Of a DNA stretch of 64,000 bases, positions 62,451 to 64,000 are shown in pieces. The stretch lies in NCBI GenBank assembly GCA_013239625.1, contig MU056146.1, forward strand, positions 5,855,314 to 5,919,313, read 5' to 3'. The stretch is from Lama guanicoe. Taxonomy: Eukaryota. Below the pieces are notes generated by a model. That model was not told the origin of the DNA. It ran no database searches and worked only from the letters and a program-made list of their open reading frames with translations. The position numbers and the translations under genes were made by a program. The number at the start of each line of letters is the position of its first letter. The first letter of the stretch is position 1.

Positions 62451-62487
62451 TCAGTGGGACGAAGTTCCTCCACCACTGAGAGAGTAT
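62451..62487 (-). CDS. STK24: STK24 (MST3) last coding exon: (R)YSLSGGGTSSH*
   Basis: Minus strand reads ttctgtctgttttttcctag|A TAC TCT CTC AGT GGT GGA GGA ACT TCG TCC CAC TGA; matches the recalled STK24 C-terminus; STK24 is the known convergent neighbour of FARP1. Confidence 0.94.
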
Positions 62488-64000
62488 CTAGGAAAAAACA
62501 GACAGAAGGAAATAAATGTCATTTCTCTAAATTAAAAATATTAACTTGCAAAACTTCAAACAATAACTGAAATCCTACTTTCTATAGGCAACCCCAAGTC
62601 GCAAACAAATTAAATATAAGCAGCACAAGTCCAGTTATTGCATAAAGAATTCATAAAAATTAAGAAAATCATGATTCCAGCGCTAAAAACTTCTCACAGA
62701 TAAGTTAACAAAAACTGACAATGTGCGATGCCTCCCAAGAGAGAGGAAAAAAGAGAGGTGAGTAAAGTAGTTACTGATATACCTTTACTTACAATCAGTT
62801 TTTAAAAACCAGAAAATCAGTAACACCCAATGACCCGTAAGATCCCAGGGAGGCGCGCCATGCCGGTTTGAGGATCTGTGCGAGAGACCCTTTGTGACCA
62901 CAGAAACAGTGGTGCTTAGCAGTTCACGTAATTCGCTTCCTAGAACCGTTTCCTACATTTTTTGTAATTATAATAAGTAAGAAGCAATTCCGATGTCCAA
63001 CAATAGAGAAATGGTTAAGTAAATTAAGCAAGCTCAGTGAAATAACACAACTGCAGACATGTTTAAGTCTAATGAACAATACACACGGATAAGAAGTGAA
63101 CACAAGATCACACATGTGCAGGTTCACCCGGTGACCTGTCCACAGCAATGGAAGGCCGCCCACCAACACGACGACGACGGCCATGGGGCTAGAGGGGTGG
63201 GACGGGCATGCTCTTCCGCTCCACAGTATCTCCACACAACTATCTTTGGAATATAAAAAAATGCGGGGAAGGTCCCTTCATGGCCAAATTCCCTGAGTCA
63301 CAGGAGACGGCTGAGGACGAGTTTCTGGAAACTCACTGCAGACAGTCCAAACTAGAGCTCCTCTTTGAAGGTGTTTAAAGTACGGGGCACTCGTCCAGAG
63401 AACAGACCAGAAAAGCACTTCAGCCACAGACGCCGAGACTCATCTTTCAAGAAATGCAAATGTCTAAGTCACAGGAGGAGCTGGTGCCACACACAGGGAC
63501 CCACATGTCAGTTCAAACTAAGACACACATGAACCTCTGAAAACGCATCCGACAAAAGCTGGTGCTCCCGTTTCCGAGGCGTCCCCGGGAGAGACGCATC
63601 TGGGAGCAAAGCGGGTGTGAGGTGCGAGCAGCAGCCCCTGTGGACGGGGACACACGGGGAGAGCTCGGAGGGCCTGAAAGGGACCAGACGGGGACAAACC
63701 CCCCGGAGCACAGTCGTCTGGTGGCTGAGGAGACGGCCACATGTCCTGAAGGACAAGAGAGAACTGGAGAGAATGGGAAGCAGAGTGTGAACAGCGAGCC
63801 GACGGCGGGCAGCTTGTCTGTGTCCCGTGGAAAACGCGACACCCGGGAAGTGGCGCGTTCACAGCGACTCGGGCGGCTGACTGTGAAACACACCGACTGC
63901 AAAGACTGAGCCCCACAATGGAGGCCAAAGGCCTGACTGGTGACCGTCTACGCTGATGGCATTCTGAGATAAGATTCTGACGCAGTGGGTTAAGAAATCT

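Noticed and set aside
1-64000. CRISPR arrays, prokaryotic operons, rRNA
   Set aside because: Eukaryotic exon-intron DNA; no repeat-spacer arrays or rRNA-like sequence seen.

Overview
Mammalian genomic DNA, probably a camelid (five tRNA-Ala-like SINE copies resembling the camelid Vic-1 family, plus cetartiodactyl-type L1 tails). The + strand carries the 3' half of FARP1: 16 coding exons from 1185 to 57214, matching human exons ~12-27 (end of the FERM-adjacent region, S/P-rich linker, DH, PH1, PH2), with consistent GT-AG phases throughout and a 3' UTR ending near 58590. The - strand carries the last exon and 3' UTR of STK24/MST3, convergent with FARP1. Introns hold L1, MIR, MER/Tigger, MaLR/ERV remnants and two N-gaps. 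The main discovery: the weak donor of the FARP1 exon at 2355-2604 reads through in frame for 324 more codons to a stop at 3579-3581. A repeat-poor, UTR-like stretch of ~7.9 kb follows, ending in an AATAAA at 11437. The last ~50 residues of this hidden tail resemble the C-terminus of the paralog FRMD7 as I recall it. This suggests a GEF-less, FRMD7-like FARP1 isoform made by competition between the donor and intronic polyadenylation. All homology calls are from memory; no searches were run, and repeat boundaries are approximate.
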